From NCBI RefSeq assembly GCF_009914755.1, contig NC_060926.1: a stretch of 64,000 nt of DNA. One strand, written 5' to 3'. Each line of letters starts with the position of its first letter. Position 1 is the first letter of the stretch. Below, one piece after another: positions 1-22,396 of this stretch. This DNA comes from the human T2T-CHM13v2.0 reference genome, Homo sapiens. The translations under genes and the position numbers were made by a program. The notes below the pieces were generated by a model. It saw only the letters and a list, made by a program, of their open reading frames with translations, was not told the DNA's origin and did no database searches.

Positions 1-3457
<3,457 letters not shown>

Positions 3458-4402
3458 TAAGGTCACTGAAGTATGATAAATGAAACTAGGAGTCATTGGT
3501 TTGTTTCCAGTTTACCAGATTGGAAGTCAATGGGATTGTTGTCAATGGGACTGTTGACATTGAGAAGAGAAAAGGCCTAGTTATCCCATTACTAGTAGCA
3601 TCAAAATACAGGGACTGCAGCCACTATAAGGAGAAATGGGGATCTTAATAGGAAGATAGCAGGTGATAAGCGCAGAGCCTTTCTCTCTTCTCCATCCTCC
3701 CCTTGTGCCACTGCCAACCTTTTATACTAAATAACATCTCAATCTACCCAAGCAAGAATACATTGCTTTGGATATGGCACATTAAGAAAATGAACATGCT
3801 TTTACAGCATGGGACACAATTCTTAACAGCATATATTAATTGCTGATCAATTTAGTCACAAGTTGAGAATTTTGTGTGTATTGCATTCCTTTTCAGTAAA
3901 TAAAACATTTCTCATTGATACGATCTCTATGATATCCAGGAACACACCCCATAGAACATCTTGTACATAAACCATAACGTTTCATTTCATTTTGCATAAG
4001 CTTGAAGTCTTTAAATGGATTCCACAACTTCTTTATAGTAAGAAAGTCTTTGTTTTTAATAAAAGAACAAAGGATTCAATAAATTCAACAATTCAGTAAA
4101 CAGATTAAATATTTTAAAATAAAAATTTGTATGGTTACATTAAACTCCCTATTAGCTCCTTTTTGTATTTTAAAACAATTTGCAATAAGCACTACTCAGG
4201 AACTTGTGGCATGTATTTATTGATTGTCTTCACATAGAAGTAAAGGAATAGGTCAGAGGTAAGGTTCAGATCAAACGCTTGGAATAGCTTAAAATAACTA
4301 CTTCTCCCTTTAAAGCCTTTTTGTTTAGTATCAGGTTTCTAAAGTTAGACTTGGAAAGTTGTTCCTAAATGCAATAATTTTGTCTTTAGATAGAAATACA
4401 TT

Positions 4403-5700
4403 TCAAAAAACAAAAGCTGACGAGTGTTGGTGAGGTTGTGGAGAAATTGAAACCCTTGTACACTGTTGGTGGAAACGTAAAATGGTGCAGCCTCTATGAA
4501 AAACAGTATGGAGGGTCCTCAAAAAATTAAAAAATAGAGCTGCCATATGATCCAGCAATCCCACTTCTGGTATATATTCAAAAGAATTGAAATCAGGATC
4601 TTGAAGAGGTATTTGCATTCCCATGTTCATTGCAGCATTATTCACAACAGCCAAGATATGGCAACAACCCAATTGTTCATCAACAGATGAACAAAGAAAC
4701 TGTATATACAGTCATACGGCACTTAATGGGGATACATTTTGAGAAGTGCATTGTGAGGCGATTTTGTCACGTGAACTTCATAGAGTATACTTACACAAAC
4801 CTAGATAGTACAATCTTCCTATATATCTAGGGTAAATGGTATAGCCTATTGCTCCTGGATTAAAAACCTGTACAGCATGTGACTGTACTAAATAATGTAG
4901 GCAATTGTAAGTATTTATACAACTAAACATAGAAAAAATACAGTAAAAATATGATATAATCTTATGGGACCAGTCATATATGCAGTCTGTGGTTGACCAA
5001 AACATTGTTATGTGGCACATGACTGTACATACAATGAAATATTATTCAGCCCTAAAAAAGAAAAAAATCCTGCTATTTGCAACAACATGATGGACCTGGA
5101 AGACATTATGCTAAGTGAAATAAGTTACAGAATGACAAATACTGCATGATTTCTCTTACATAAGGCACCTAAAATAATCAAACATGGACTGTATGGACTA
5201 TAGAGGCAGACAATAGAATGGTAGTTACCAAGGGCTGTGAGGAAGAACATACAGGGAGTTGTTCAATGGGTATAAAGTTATAGTTAAACAAGATGAGCTA
5301 GTTCCAGAGATGTGCAGTACAACATAGTGTTTATAGTTAACAATAAGGTATTGTGCATTAGAGCTGGGCATGGTGGCACATGCCTGTAGTCCCAGCTACT
5401 TAGGAGGCTGAGATAGAAGGATCACTTGATCCCAGGAGTTCAAAACTAGCTTGGACAACATAGAGAGATCCTGATTCGAAAAAAAAAAATAGATCTCTTG
5501 TTAAGTGTTCTCACCACAAAAAAAATTAAAACAAACAAAAACTACAAAGGGACACAAGGAAACTTTTGGAAGTGATGGATATGTTTATTTTCTTGGATGT
5601 GATGTTGGTAACAAAAGTGTATACATATGTCCAAACTCACCAAATTGTATACATTATGTGCAGTTTTTTGTATACCAATTATATTTCAGTAAAACTAGAA
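4403..5700 (+). mobile_element. Old L1 (L1M) ORF2-end/3' UTR fragments, interrupted by a Tigger MITE and an Alu monomer
   Basis: L1-like motifs gtgttggtgaggttgtggagaaattgaaaccc, catatgatccagcaatcccacttctgg, ttatgctaagtgaaataag. Boundaries approximate. Confidence 0.75.
4709..5025. mobile_element. Tigger-derived MITE (Tigger3a/MER7-like)
   Basis: Terminal inverted repeats CAGTCAT...ATGACTG with TA on both sides; internal sequence resembles the recalled consensus. Confidence 0.8.
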
Positions 5701-6541
5701 AAAAGAAATATATTTCAGTCGACATAGACTGCCAAGTTATTGAACAAAGAGCAAAATATTTGCACCAAAGGGCATTTTATATTATATAAACTCTAGATTA
5801 TAGATTATTTTTAGTCTTAAGATTGTAAAATAGATTTTGGCTTACTGAATGTCTTCTAATAAGGCATGTCTGCTTGGAAGAAAGAACAGCAATTACTAGG
5901 GCATCCAACATATTGTGGGAACCCAATGAAAGGGGAAAGCTGACACCCTGGAGGAAAGGTTGTTACTATTATCTATGAACTCTCAACATTAATAAAGAAG
6001 ATATCATTTTTATTTTGTTTTTCTTTTTTTATTTTTTTAAGCCCTCATCCATATGTGTTGTCAAGGGTGATCATTTTTTAAAGGAGATGGATGCAGTAAG
6101 GAGAAGAAGAAATGACTCAGTGATATAAGGCTAATAACCAGCTTTTATTCTTGTTTTGACTTGATTGTGCTTCTCTGCTATCCAGGCTAGGCACTGTCTT
6201 TCACTGAGATATAGACTCCATGAGGGCAGATGCCATGTCTGGTTTGTTCAGGAGTATTACTCCAACATTGAGCACAGAACCAGGCATGTAGCTGACCTTC
6301 AATAAATATCTCCAGAAGTATTTAAATGAACCATGCTGTTCAATGATATTAAAAAACGTAGTTTTCCTTGAAATTTGAAAGTAAAAATTTTGCCTTACAC
6401 ATATTATATATATTGACCCAAGACATCTTAAGAAACAAGTTTGTTTTATTTGTAGAGACCAAAACAGTGTAATTGGGATGTCCATGACCTTAAATATTTG
6501 TCTTTTCTTTGTGTTAGAACCATCCAAATTCTTTACTTTTA

Positions 6542-6739
<198 letters not shown>

Positions 6740-7094
6740 CTATCAAACACTGAGCTTTATGTCATCCATCAAACTGTATCTCCCACCCATTTTCAACCAA
6801 AATATTCAGATGATTTAAAGTGATCATTTATTAGGTTTAAATGATCTGCATAATGCCACAGCTTTTTATTTTTGTAGCCCCAATATTGTTCTGAGATAGG
6901 AGCAAAGTGTTACTAAACACTTAACAACAAAGCAGAATTTGGGAAGTAATTTTTTTAACAAATATCTTCCAATTGCTTGTTGAAATTCTTTCTTCATGAG
7001 TCCCACGTAAGTCATTCATTTATTCACTAATTCAACAAATATTTGTTGATATTCCATTAGGTCCCAGATGCTGTGCTAGATACTGGGAATACAG

Positions 7095-9134
<2,040 letters not shown>

Positions 9135-9189
9135 TAATAGGTTGTCATTGTCTTCCCCCAGTCATTTCAAAGATTCTACTGTGATGCCA

Positions 9190-11330
<2,141 letters not shown>

Positions 11331-11744
11331 CTTTGTCTCCATCACCCTCTTCAATCTGAGAAAAACACCTCATGGCCTTTCACATTAGTATCCCTAGTAT
11401 TTGGCATATAGCCTGACCTATAGGAGCTCTAAATAATAATTCAAAGCTGCAGTTATCAAACTTTTGGTTTTGGGACCCCACTATCCTCTTAAAAACATTA
11501 TTGAGGACCTAAAAGAGCTTTTGTTTACATACATTATATCTGTTAATACTGAGCGTTTTAAAACTCATTCTTTCAAAAGTAAAAATCACTTATTATGTAT
11601 TAACATATATAGCATTTTTAAAAAATAATTATATTTTCCAGACAATTTGTGAGAACATTGCTTTACATTTTTGCAATTTTTTTTAATGCCTGGTTTAGTA
11701 AAAGGCACCAGGATTCTCATACCTGCTTCCACATTCAATCATCA

Positions 11745-12059
<315 letters not shown>

Positions 12060-12407
12060 TCATATAGCCTCTGGAAAACTCCACTATATGTGAATGGGAG
12101 TTAAAAAGGCAAATGATGTCTTCACATTATTATGAATATAGTTTGACCTTGTGGGCCCCCTGTAGGGATCCAGATCAGTCTTTGTGAACCACTAATTTAA
12201 ATAATTGTCATGCATTGAGAAAAGGGACTTTGATTCATTCAAGAAGTATTTACTGGGTCCTACTCTGTGCTGGGTATTGTTCAAAGCAGTCAACTAGATA
12301 GATCAGGTGTCTGTCCTCGGGTTGTTCACAGCAGGTGGGGCAGAAGGATCAGGGACTGCTGGAGTTGACATGTGAGCTGAGATGTGATTTGATTTGATTT
12401 GATTTGA

Positions 12408-12715
<308 letters not shown>

Positions 12716-12922
12716 TGACAAAGGGCAGGCCTATGCAGAGGTCTGGGGAAACAGTGTTCCAGGCAAAGGAAGGGGGCCCTCCAAAGTCTCTGAGCCCTGT
12801 CTGGCAAGAGAGCAGCCAGAAGTGAGGGTGGTTGGAGGTTGCAGACATAGGCAGGGCCACATTGAGCTAGGCCCAGGTAAGGAATTTGAAGCTTTAACTC
12901 TAAATTTCTTTTTTCCTCATTC

Positions 12923-13541
12923 TAAAACCATCCCAATAAAATTTATAAAAGTAATCAGGGAAGAAAGTGTGGGGGAGGGGACAAAAATAAACCAAGCTTG
13001 CAGCCAATTCGGCATTAATCATGAGGTCAGCTTCCTCTCTGACCTGCTTGCTCAGAGTTGTTTGGTGCCTATTGTCCTAGAATCATGCAGACCCTGTCAC
13101 AAGATTATAGTTCCCTTCTATTGCTCTATAGAGAACAACTTGAACATTATGAAATACTCAGTTTTCCCTTTGAGATAGTCTTTCAGATCCTGCATACCAA
13201 TGAAACTACTGCCTCAGCTGGCCTGAAGGATCCCACTGATGCCAGCTGGTCTGAGGAACCCGTGAGAAACTGATTCAGCAAAGAATGCAGCTTCCCTATC
13301 CTGATGATTTCATCTCCCTTACTCCGACCAATCAAGGACCCCAATTTTCCAGCCCCTCGCCCTCTGTGATCCTCTTAAAAACCTCAGCCCAGAACTCTTG
13401 GGAAGATAGATTCGAGGATCTCTTCCCATCTCTTTGCTAGGTGCCCTGCAATCATTAAACTCTTTCCCTGCTGCAAACTCTGCTGTCTTCGTGTAATGGG
13501 TTTGTTACTGCACAGCAGGCATACGAACCTGTTGATCCTAT
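12923..13541 (+). mobile_element. ERV1-class solo LTR (LTR26-like)
   Basis: About 620 bp with LTR layout: CCAAT (13328), TATA-like cttaaaa (13375), ATTAAA (13454). Start resembles the recalled LTR26 consensus. Confidence 0.6.
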
Positions 13542-13544
13542 ATC

Positions 13545-13828
13545 TCTATCACCTAGGCTGGAGGGCAGAGGCACGATCATAGCTCCCCGCAGCCTCCACC
13601 TCTTGGGTTCCAGAGATCCTCCCGCCTCAGCCTCCCGAGTAGTTGAGCCTGCAGGCGTGCACCACCACCCCTGGCTAATTTTGGGTTGGTTTTGTTTGTT
13701 TGTTTGTGTTTGTAGAGATGAAGTTTCGCTATGTTGCCCAGGCTAGTCTCGAATTCCTGGCCTCAAGTGATCCTCCAGCCTCGGCCTCCCAAACTGCAGG
13801 GATTACAGGCAGAAGCCACCATGCCCGG
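13545..13828 (-). mobile_element. AluJ
   Basis: Diverged antisense Alu immediately upstream of the BBS5 promoter. Confidence 0.85.
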
Positions 13829-13989
13829 CTAATAACCTGAATCTCTTGACGGTGAAGAGAAATAAGGAGAGGGGTAAAATGGCTAAAGGATGTCTGTTTG
13901 GAGGCAAGGAAGGTCGCCCAGAGGTCAGGCACGCTCCCCTTGGCGGACACAGCTGGGCTTCTCAGAGACTCCTAAATCCTGCCTCGCAT

Positions 13990-14560
13990 CTCAAATCGGC
14001 TTAACGACGCGAAAGAGCTGGGCGACGCGCGCGCACTCTCGCGGAAGCTTGAGTCTCGGCGCCCGCCGTAGACGTCGTGACAGAGGCGGCCCGTTGCCTT
14101 GGAGCCAGAGAGACGCAGCTAGGCCTCCACGGCTGTGGAGAGATCCTGCCACGGGCCTTGTTCACCATGTCGGTGCTGGATGCGCTTTGGGAGGATCGGG
14201 ATGTCCGTTTCGACCTGTCCGCGCAGTGAGTTTCCAAGATTCCCGAGGGATCTTCAACCCTGTAGAGGGCGCCGCCGTGCGCGTTAGGGACCCGCGGGCG
14301 GAGACTGCACCTCCGCAGCTCGCGGCCCTGGTGAGGGTGGGAGGCTTGCGCCGGTCGTCCGCGCCTCGAGAGACCTCAGGCTGGTTGGGCCACTGTGGCC
14401 CTCTCGAGGCCGGCGCCGCGGCAAGAGCGCATCGGCATTACACAGTTTTGGTCCCATGCGACCTCCGGTTCCCCCATCCTGGCCCGCGGGACGGATCAGG
14501 AATGTGAACCTGAGCACGACCGGGGCCACCCGGGGCTTAGCGTCCCGTATACACCCACGT
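13990..14560 (+). promoter_or_regulatory. BBS5: BBS5 CpG-island promoter
   Basis: Dense CpG/GC stretch spanning exon 1; ETS-like GCGGAAG at 14041; X-box-like GTTGCCTTGGAGCC at 14093. Confidence 0.85.
14167..14225 (+). CDS. BBS5: BBS5 coding exon 1 (BBSome subunit, PH-like domains)
   Basis: ccATG, MSVLDALWEDRDVRFDLSAQ, donor CA|gtgagt; 59 nt. Confidence 0.97.
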
Positions 14561-15018
14561 GAGCTTGGGATTTCAGTTTCATGGAAGGAACGTAGGTCAG
14601 GGACTCAGGAAACTAGGGTTCTAAAAGTAGATGTGTAATATCGACCCACAGTGTGGGCCCTTGAGCAGATGTCTTCATCATTCAAGCTAGAATCCTCATG
14701 TCTGTAAAATAAGGGAGGTGGGAGTAAGGCAGTCGTCAAAAATTACTAACCGCGCAAACTTTATGTCCTTGGTAAGCTTTCATCTAGTTATTCATATCAA
14801 TCACCAACAAGAAGGAGTCTTCTTTTGCAACCTGTTTTTGGAAATTATCATACATTAAATAGAAACCATGTTTTTGGAAAGTATCGTAAAGAAAAAGTGG
14901 TTAGAAACCTCCTGCTCCAAAATCCAGGGCGGGAAATGCCGGTTGGGTTACTAAGTGTTGAGAAACGCTAAAGCTAAGATTCCTGGATTAATGGCATGGA
15001 GCTTCTTAGCTACTTCTT

Positions 15019-15130
15019 ATCGTTCCTTATCATGGACCTCCCCTCCTTAGGTGGAATCGTTCCTTATCATGGACCTCACCTCCTTAGATGGAATCGTTCC
15101 TTATCATGGACCTCACCTCCTTAGATGGAA
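15019..15130. repeat. 37-bp tandem repeat, 3 copies
   Basis: ATCGTTCCTTATCATGGACCTC(C/A)CCTCCTTAG(G/A)TGGA starts at 15019, 15056 and 15093. Confidence 0.95.
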
Positions 15131-15210
15131 AAATGAAATATTGATAAATTTCTCAGGTTAAGTATAGCTAGATATCTAATGCTAACATGTTAGACCCTTT
15201 AAGAAGATGA

Positions 15211-15634
<424 letters not shown>

Positions 15635-16860
15635 TCAGTAACATTAGTAAACATTTATCCATGTTTTATTACGTGCTAGTTACTGGGCCGATAGCTAGAG
15701 ACAGAAAATAATAGGAAATGATATTCATATCCCCCCGTTGTAGTGCAGGAGATACATACAGACAACCACTATAATAAATGTGGTAAATACCATTCTGAAA
15801 AAATGAGCGAAAAGCTGAGACTCATAGAAACAGAACAATTTATTCTACCTGGTGAAGTCCTTGAAGAAGAATAAATATTCATAGTATTTGAGTTGTTCCC
15901 TGAAGAATGGGCAGAGCCTTGTCAGGGTAGACAGGAGGAGAGTATTCCAGAAAAGAAGAAAAGAATTTAGCGTTAGAAGCAGTCTTGGAGCTGTAACCTC
16001 ATTAGCTAAAGGCAGGGTCTGCTGCAGAGAGAGGTTGGAAGTACAAATAGATAAATTAGCCAGATTGTAACATTTTTAGCTCAGGATTTTGGACTTCAAC
16101 TTCTAGGCAGCAGGAAGATATAGAAAGCTTTTAAGCAGGGAAATGATATGGTCATATCTGTATTTTCAATAGGTAGTTGAGTTGGCTTTATGAAGAGTGT
16201 ATTAGAAGGCTCTTTTAGATATTTTGCTAGGTTTTTTTTTTTTGGACACTGTAGAATGTATTCTGTCTGTCAGCAAGCTGCTCTTATTTCCTTTTGTCAC
16301 CTGTATCTATTTGTCAAATTCCAAAGATGCTTTTCATACAGCTCTTCTTTAACCATTCCTTCTATAATTTCCTGATGTCCTTTCCTCTACTCAGAAACCT
16401 TTGGAGGTTCTCTCCTGTGCACAGGATAAGGCCTAAACCTATCAGACTGGCATTCTGAGTTCTCCATAGTCTGGTTCCTCCTTAGTTATCCAACAATATT
16501 TCTCTCACTACCTCCCAATATGGTCCTTCTTTCCAAGCTTGGCCAGCCTTCTCCCATGTCCTTACCATTTCTTATTCCTGGTCTTTAATCATGGACTCTC
16601 TTTTCTTTTCCTTTTATTTTTCAAAATTCAACACCTCCTACCAATCTGGCTTACTCCAGATGGCCCTGGTCACTCCAGGCCCCAACTGATCTTCAGGTTC
16701 TTGAAGTTCTTGAAGACCTTATTTCTAAATGCATGAACATTTGGTACAGTATTATTTATGCTGTTAGCTGTTTTATGTACATATGTCTCTTTTCTCCCTA
16801 AATAGATTGCAAGCAGGTATAGTTGTAGCTATAAAATTCAAACCTTTATATTCACTTTAG

Positions 16861-16943
16861 GCAAATGAAAACAAGACCTGGAGAAGTCCTTATTGATTGT
16901 TTAGATTCCATTGAAGACACCAAAGGAAATAATGGAGATAGAG
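16861..16943 (+). CDS. BBS5: BBS5 coding exon 2
   Basis: tttag|[29 protein letters not shown]|gtgagt; 83 nt. Confidence 0.97.
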
Positions 16944-18176
16944 GTGAGTATATTTTTAAATGTATCTTATATTCCTGGTTTAATTTACAAATGTTGAATC
17001 ATATTAGCTAGAGAATATATGAAACAGCATCATTTGTCAGTGTAATTGTGAGAATAGGAGAGTTAAATTCACATAAGACTTTTCTCAGATTTAAACAGAA
17101 GAAAGGATAGGTATTAAACATGTAGTTTGGTCCTTCAGTAAGTCCTGGTTCTAACATCACCTTTATCCATTGTAGCTGTTAAAACTCAAGTAGACCTGTT
17201 TGCAAGGGGCATTAGTTCTGACCGTTAGATCTGTCTTCCCAAAAAAGGATATGGGGTAGTGGAATATAAGTAGGTCATAGCTGTAGTACCTGGAGCCATG
17301 CTTCCTTTTCAAAAATTCAGAAGTAATGCACCATCAATCACCTATGGTTGTCACCTAGACATGGATATGCGGAGAGCAAATTTAGTCCTGCACTGTGAAA
17401 TCTATTTGTAGGTCAAGTACTAGAAAATCCTGTGAGTCTTCTCTGACTGTCACCAAGGACCAGCACAGCTGGACCCTAGAGCCCCTCCCAAACCAAATCT
17501 CCCTAAGGTTGGAACTTTTAAAAGTCCAGGCTGCCCATAGCAGCTATCTGTGGAGCCAGTGACCAGTAGGTCTTGAAAGCATCATTACTTCCAAGGAAAA
17601 AAAAATAGATGTGGAATGACAGCTTAATGTATCCAGAATATGTTTTAGTGGGAGAAGAAGTTTAGGAGGGAGGGATGTAAACCTCTTATTGGAAAGGGGT
17701 AAGAGGGGAAATAGAGCAGACTTCATTCAGGAAAGGGGGAATCAATAACTCATAGAGAAGGAACAGTAAACCTTATTAGCAGAACATGCTTACTGTAGCC
17801 CTTTGAGTGGCTGCTTGCTTCCTGAGACTTTCTTCTGACCTGCTCTGAGGTGGCATGTAGGCAGCAGGCCCTGTTGTAAGCCTGCTTCTCTGAGATTGGT
17901 TCCCCTCAGAGACCTTATTTTTAAATGCATGAACTTTTGGTACAGTATTATTTATGCTGCTGGCTCTTTTATGTACATATGTCTCGAACTCCTGACTTCA
18001 AGTGACCCACCTGTCTCAGCCTCCCAAAGTGCTGAGATTACAGGCATGAGCCACTGCTCCTGGCTAATGTACATATGTCTCTTAGTAGAGACATATTAGA
18101 TGGTAAATATGTCCCTAATAGATGGCAAGTAGGTATAGTGGTAGCTATAAAATTCAGACCTTTGTATTCATTTTAG

Positions 18177-18259
18177 GCAAATGAAAACAAGACCTGGCGA
18201 TGTCTTTATTGATTGTTTAGATTCGGTTGAAGACACCAGAGGAAATAATGGAGATAGAG
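18177..18259 (+). pseudogene. BBS5: Duplicated copy of BBS5 exon 2 (pseudo-exon or alternative exon)
   Basis: 77/83 nt identical to exon 2; tttag acceptor and G|gtgagg donor kept; encodes [27 protein letters not shown]. Confidence 0.9.
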
Positions 18260-18710
18260 GTGAGGGCAGTTCCCCTCAGAAGAAAGGCTTAGAAAGGGGC
18301 CTGCTGCCTACTTGCCACCACCTACAGGCAGATCCTTTTAGTGGCTAGGGCTCATCCTTAAAGTAATGCTTAGATCACACTTCTGAAATGCTTCCTGGTG
18401 TACATCAAGCTCAGATGAGAGTGGAGTATGAAGATCTGGCAGCAAACGAAAAGTCTTAGTTTGTGCTTTTGAGGGTGGAATAATAATCCCAACTATCAAG
18501 ATGGCTGTATCTTGACGAACTCAGAATTAACTTGAGAAAGCCAATAGAAAGTCTCATACAGATTGGCAGGAACTCTTCATAAAACATTTTTCGATTCCTC
18601 AGATATTCATTGAGCGCAGAATCCTATACTAATACTTTAGAGTAGGAAGGGCAGAAAGCTTCCCTGATCAGAAATCTCCAGTGCCTGAAATCCTACTATT
18701 AATAAAAATA

Positions 18711-19082
<372 letters not shown>

Positions 19083-19599
19083 TCATTAAGGAGTTAAAAA
19101 ATGGAAGGGGAATCCTGCCTTCTAGCCATCTCCCTCCCCTCCCTTTCAGCAGTTTGAAAATGACCAAGTTAAGACATTGCCAAGTTCAAGAGCCCCTTAT
19201 GTTAAAACTATATCCCAGAAGATTAGCATATTTAATCCATTTTCAACTGTTAGTACCCTGACTTGAAATTATCAGATTAACTTTGCACACTGCCCATAGC
19301 TCATAGCCCAGTTATAGAGATAAAATGCTGCTTAGGTGTAAAATGGCATAAGGAAAATATAACCAATGTATCTATAATCAGAAAGTAAGTCATAGAAATG
19401 AGTTTGTAAAGAATTAAAATATTATATTAAATAGCTGTGTGAGAATAAAAGGGACAGCCATATTTCAGTGTTTGGGAGATTAGTAGAAACAGGGACAACT
19501 ATACTTTGGTATTAGGCAGGGTAGAGAGGAAAGTCCATGTCTGGAACACTGGGTTTGGAGCCATAGGCTGGGGTTCTTCAGCAGAAAAGAGGTAGCATT

Positions 19600-20572
<973 letters not shown>

Positions 20573-22285
20573 ATTTAACAATAATAAAAACAGTAAAACA
20601 AAAAGTTTAAAGTAGATGCAGTCATATTTATTTTCAAATGAGGAAACTGAGGAATACAGAGGTTAGTTTACTTTTCCAAGGTCACGTAGCTAGGTGATGA
20701 ACCTAACTGCCTACATTGATTTCTAAACTGGGAGGGTCATATTATTTTCTTCTTAAAGATTTTTAGTCCTCCCCAATTCCAATCCTAAACCCCACCCCCA
20801 ACTCTACTGCCTCCATTGCTAATAGATCTAAGTCTGAATTTCTTTGTCTAGCATTAAAGAACTTCTAGTATGTCCAAAGACAACTTTTATCGCCTGTGCT
20901 GCTGTCTTCCATTTGTTCATCCAGGTCCAGCATTCTTCTCCACCCTTTTCCCCTTGCCCTGGAAAGATGACTTGTATAGAGTACATCTAAGGGTTCCTTG
21001 TATACTCTGGCTTCCAGTTGGAAGAGCCATGGCAGAAGATCAAAGGGAGGCAGGAGTTTGAGGTCTGGGTATTTATTGCCCTGGTTCCTTCCCAGTGAAG
21101 GGTTGGCTGTGTCTCTCCTCTCAAAGCAGTCAGCTCCATAGGACTCTTGTTTCTTCCAGATTTCATGAACTGCTGCTCCCTCTTTTGTAAATAAACCTCA
21201 GTTATCCTAACTTGAGTGTGCCATCTGTTTTCCGTTGGACCAATGACTGAAGGATGCTATACCTAGTCTTCTATGATCTTGTGTGAACTTTACACTCCAG
21301 CCATGCTGGATTACTTATTATTTGTCAAAGATATTCTGTAATTTTCCACAGTCTCCCTTGAGAATGCTTTCATCTTTTTTAGAGCCATGTTTGCTATCCA
21401 CTTTTCACTCCAGTATTCGTACAGACCTAGTTTCTCTGATTTTAGACATTATAGAGGTTTTCAGAAATAGTATGACCTGGCTGGCTATAGATTACTCATA
21501 AAAATAATTTTATGATTGTAATTTGTTGGTGAAATAATGTGTTTAAACAAAGTGAGTCTTATTATTTCAGAATATCTCAAAGCTATGATAATATGCTGAT
21601 TGTATTGTACATCTCTAATACACCTAGTATACCATTCTCAAATTTATTGTTTTTTTCTTGGAGCATCAGTAAGAGATCACTATTGTACAGGACACATTTT
21701 GAGAAATGAAGTATCTAACTTTGTATTTCAGTGTATGAACATCAGTCTGATGCTAAGATCAAAAAGTATAAAGCCTTAAATAGACTTCAGCCTGACCATA
21801 ACTTCTTAGGAACAAAATAGTTTGCTCACAGCAAAATTGTGTGTATAAATATATGGTTCATTTAAATGAGAACTGCTAAGAAAGTACTCATATAGAAAGG
21901 ATTAGTGTGTATGTGAGAGTTCTTTGAAAAGTGTGATTTCAGTGAATAGCTGTGTAATTATCCTATATTCATTCTCAGTTGTACACATATGACTTGCTGG
22001 GACCCAGAACAACTTCTACCAAGACAAAAAAACTAGTACACAATTCTTTCTTCAGTCAGTTTGAGTTAGAGCAAAGCTATTGGCAGAGAACATCTGTATC
22101 CCTTATATAACTGTCAAATTTTGTTTCTCTGGGATTCTGAATCATATGTTGTATACCTTATATAGGTTGGATATGCACAATATTTTCAGTTAATATATGA
22201 AAAATATCTGAGTGTTGCTTCTAATACTGGGCCAGAAGTTCCATATCCATCTCATTCAGTGCTGCAAAAATGGGTTCTTATTTAA

Positions 22286-22396
<111 letters not shown>

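Noticed and set aside
13890-14507. 205-aa ORF over the BBS5 promoter
   Set aside because: Stop-poor GC-rich CpG island; different frame from BBS5 exon 1 and crosses its donor site.
15019-15130. 37-bp repeats as a CRISPR-like array
   Set aside because: Head-to-tail copies with no unique spacers, in a human intron.
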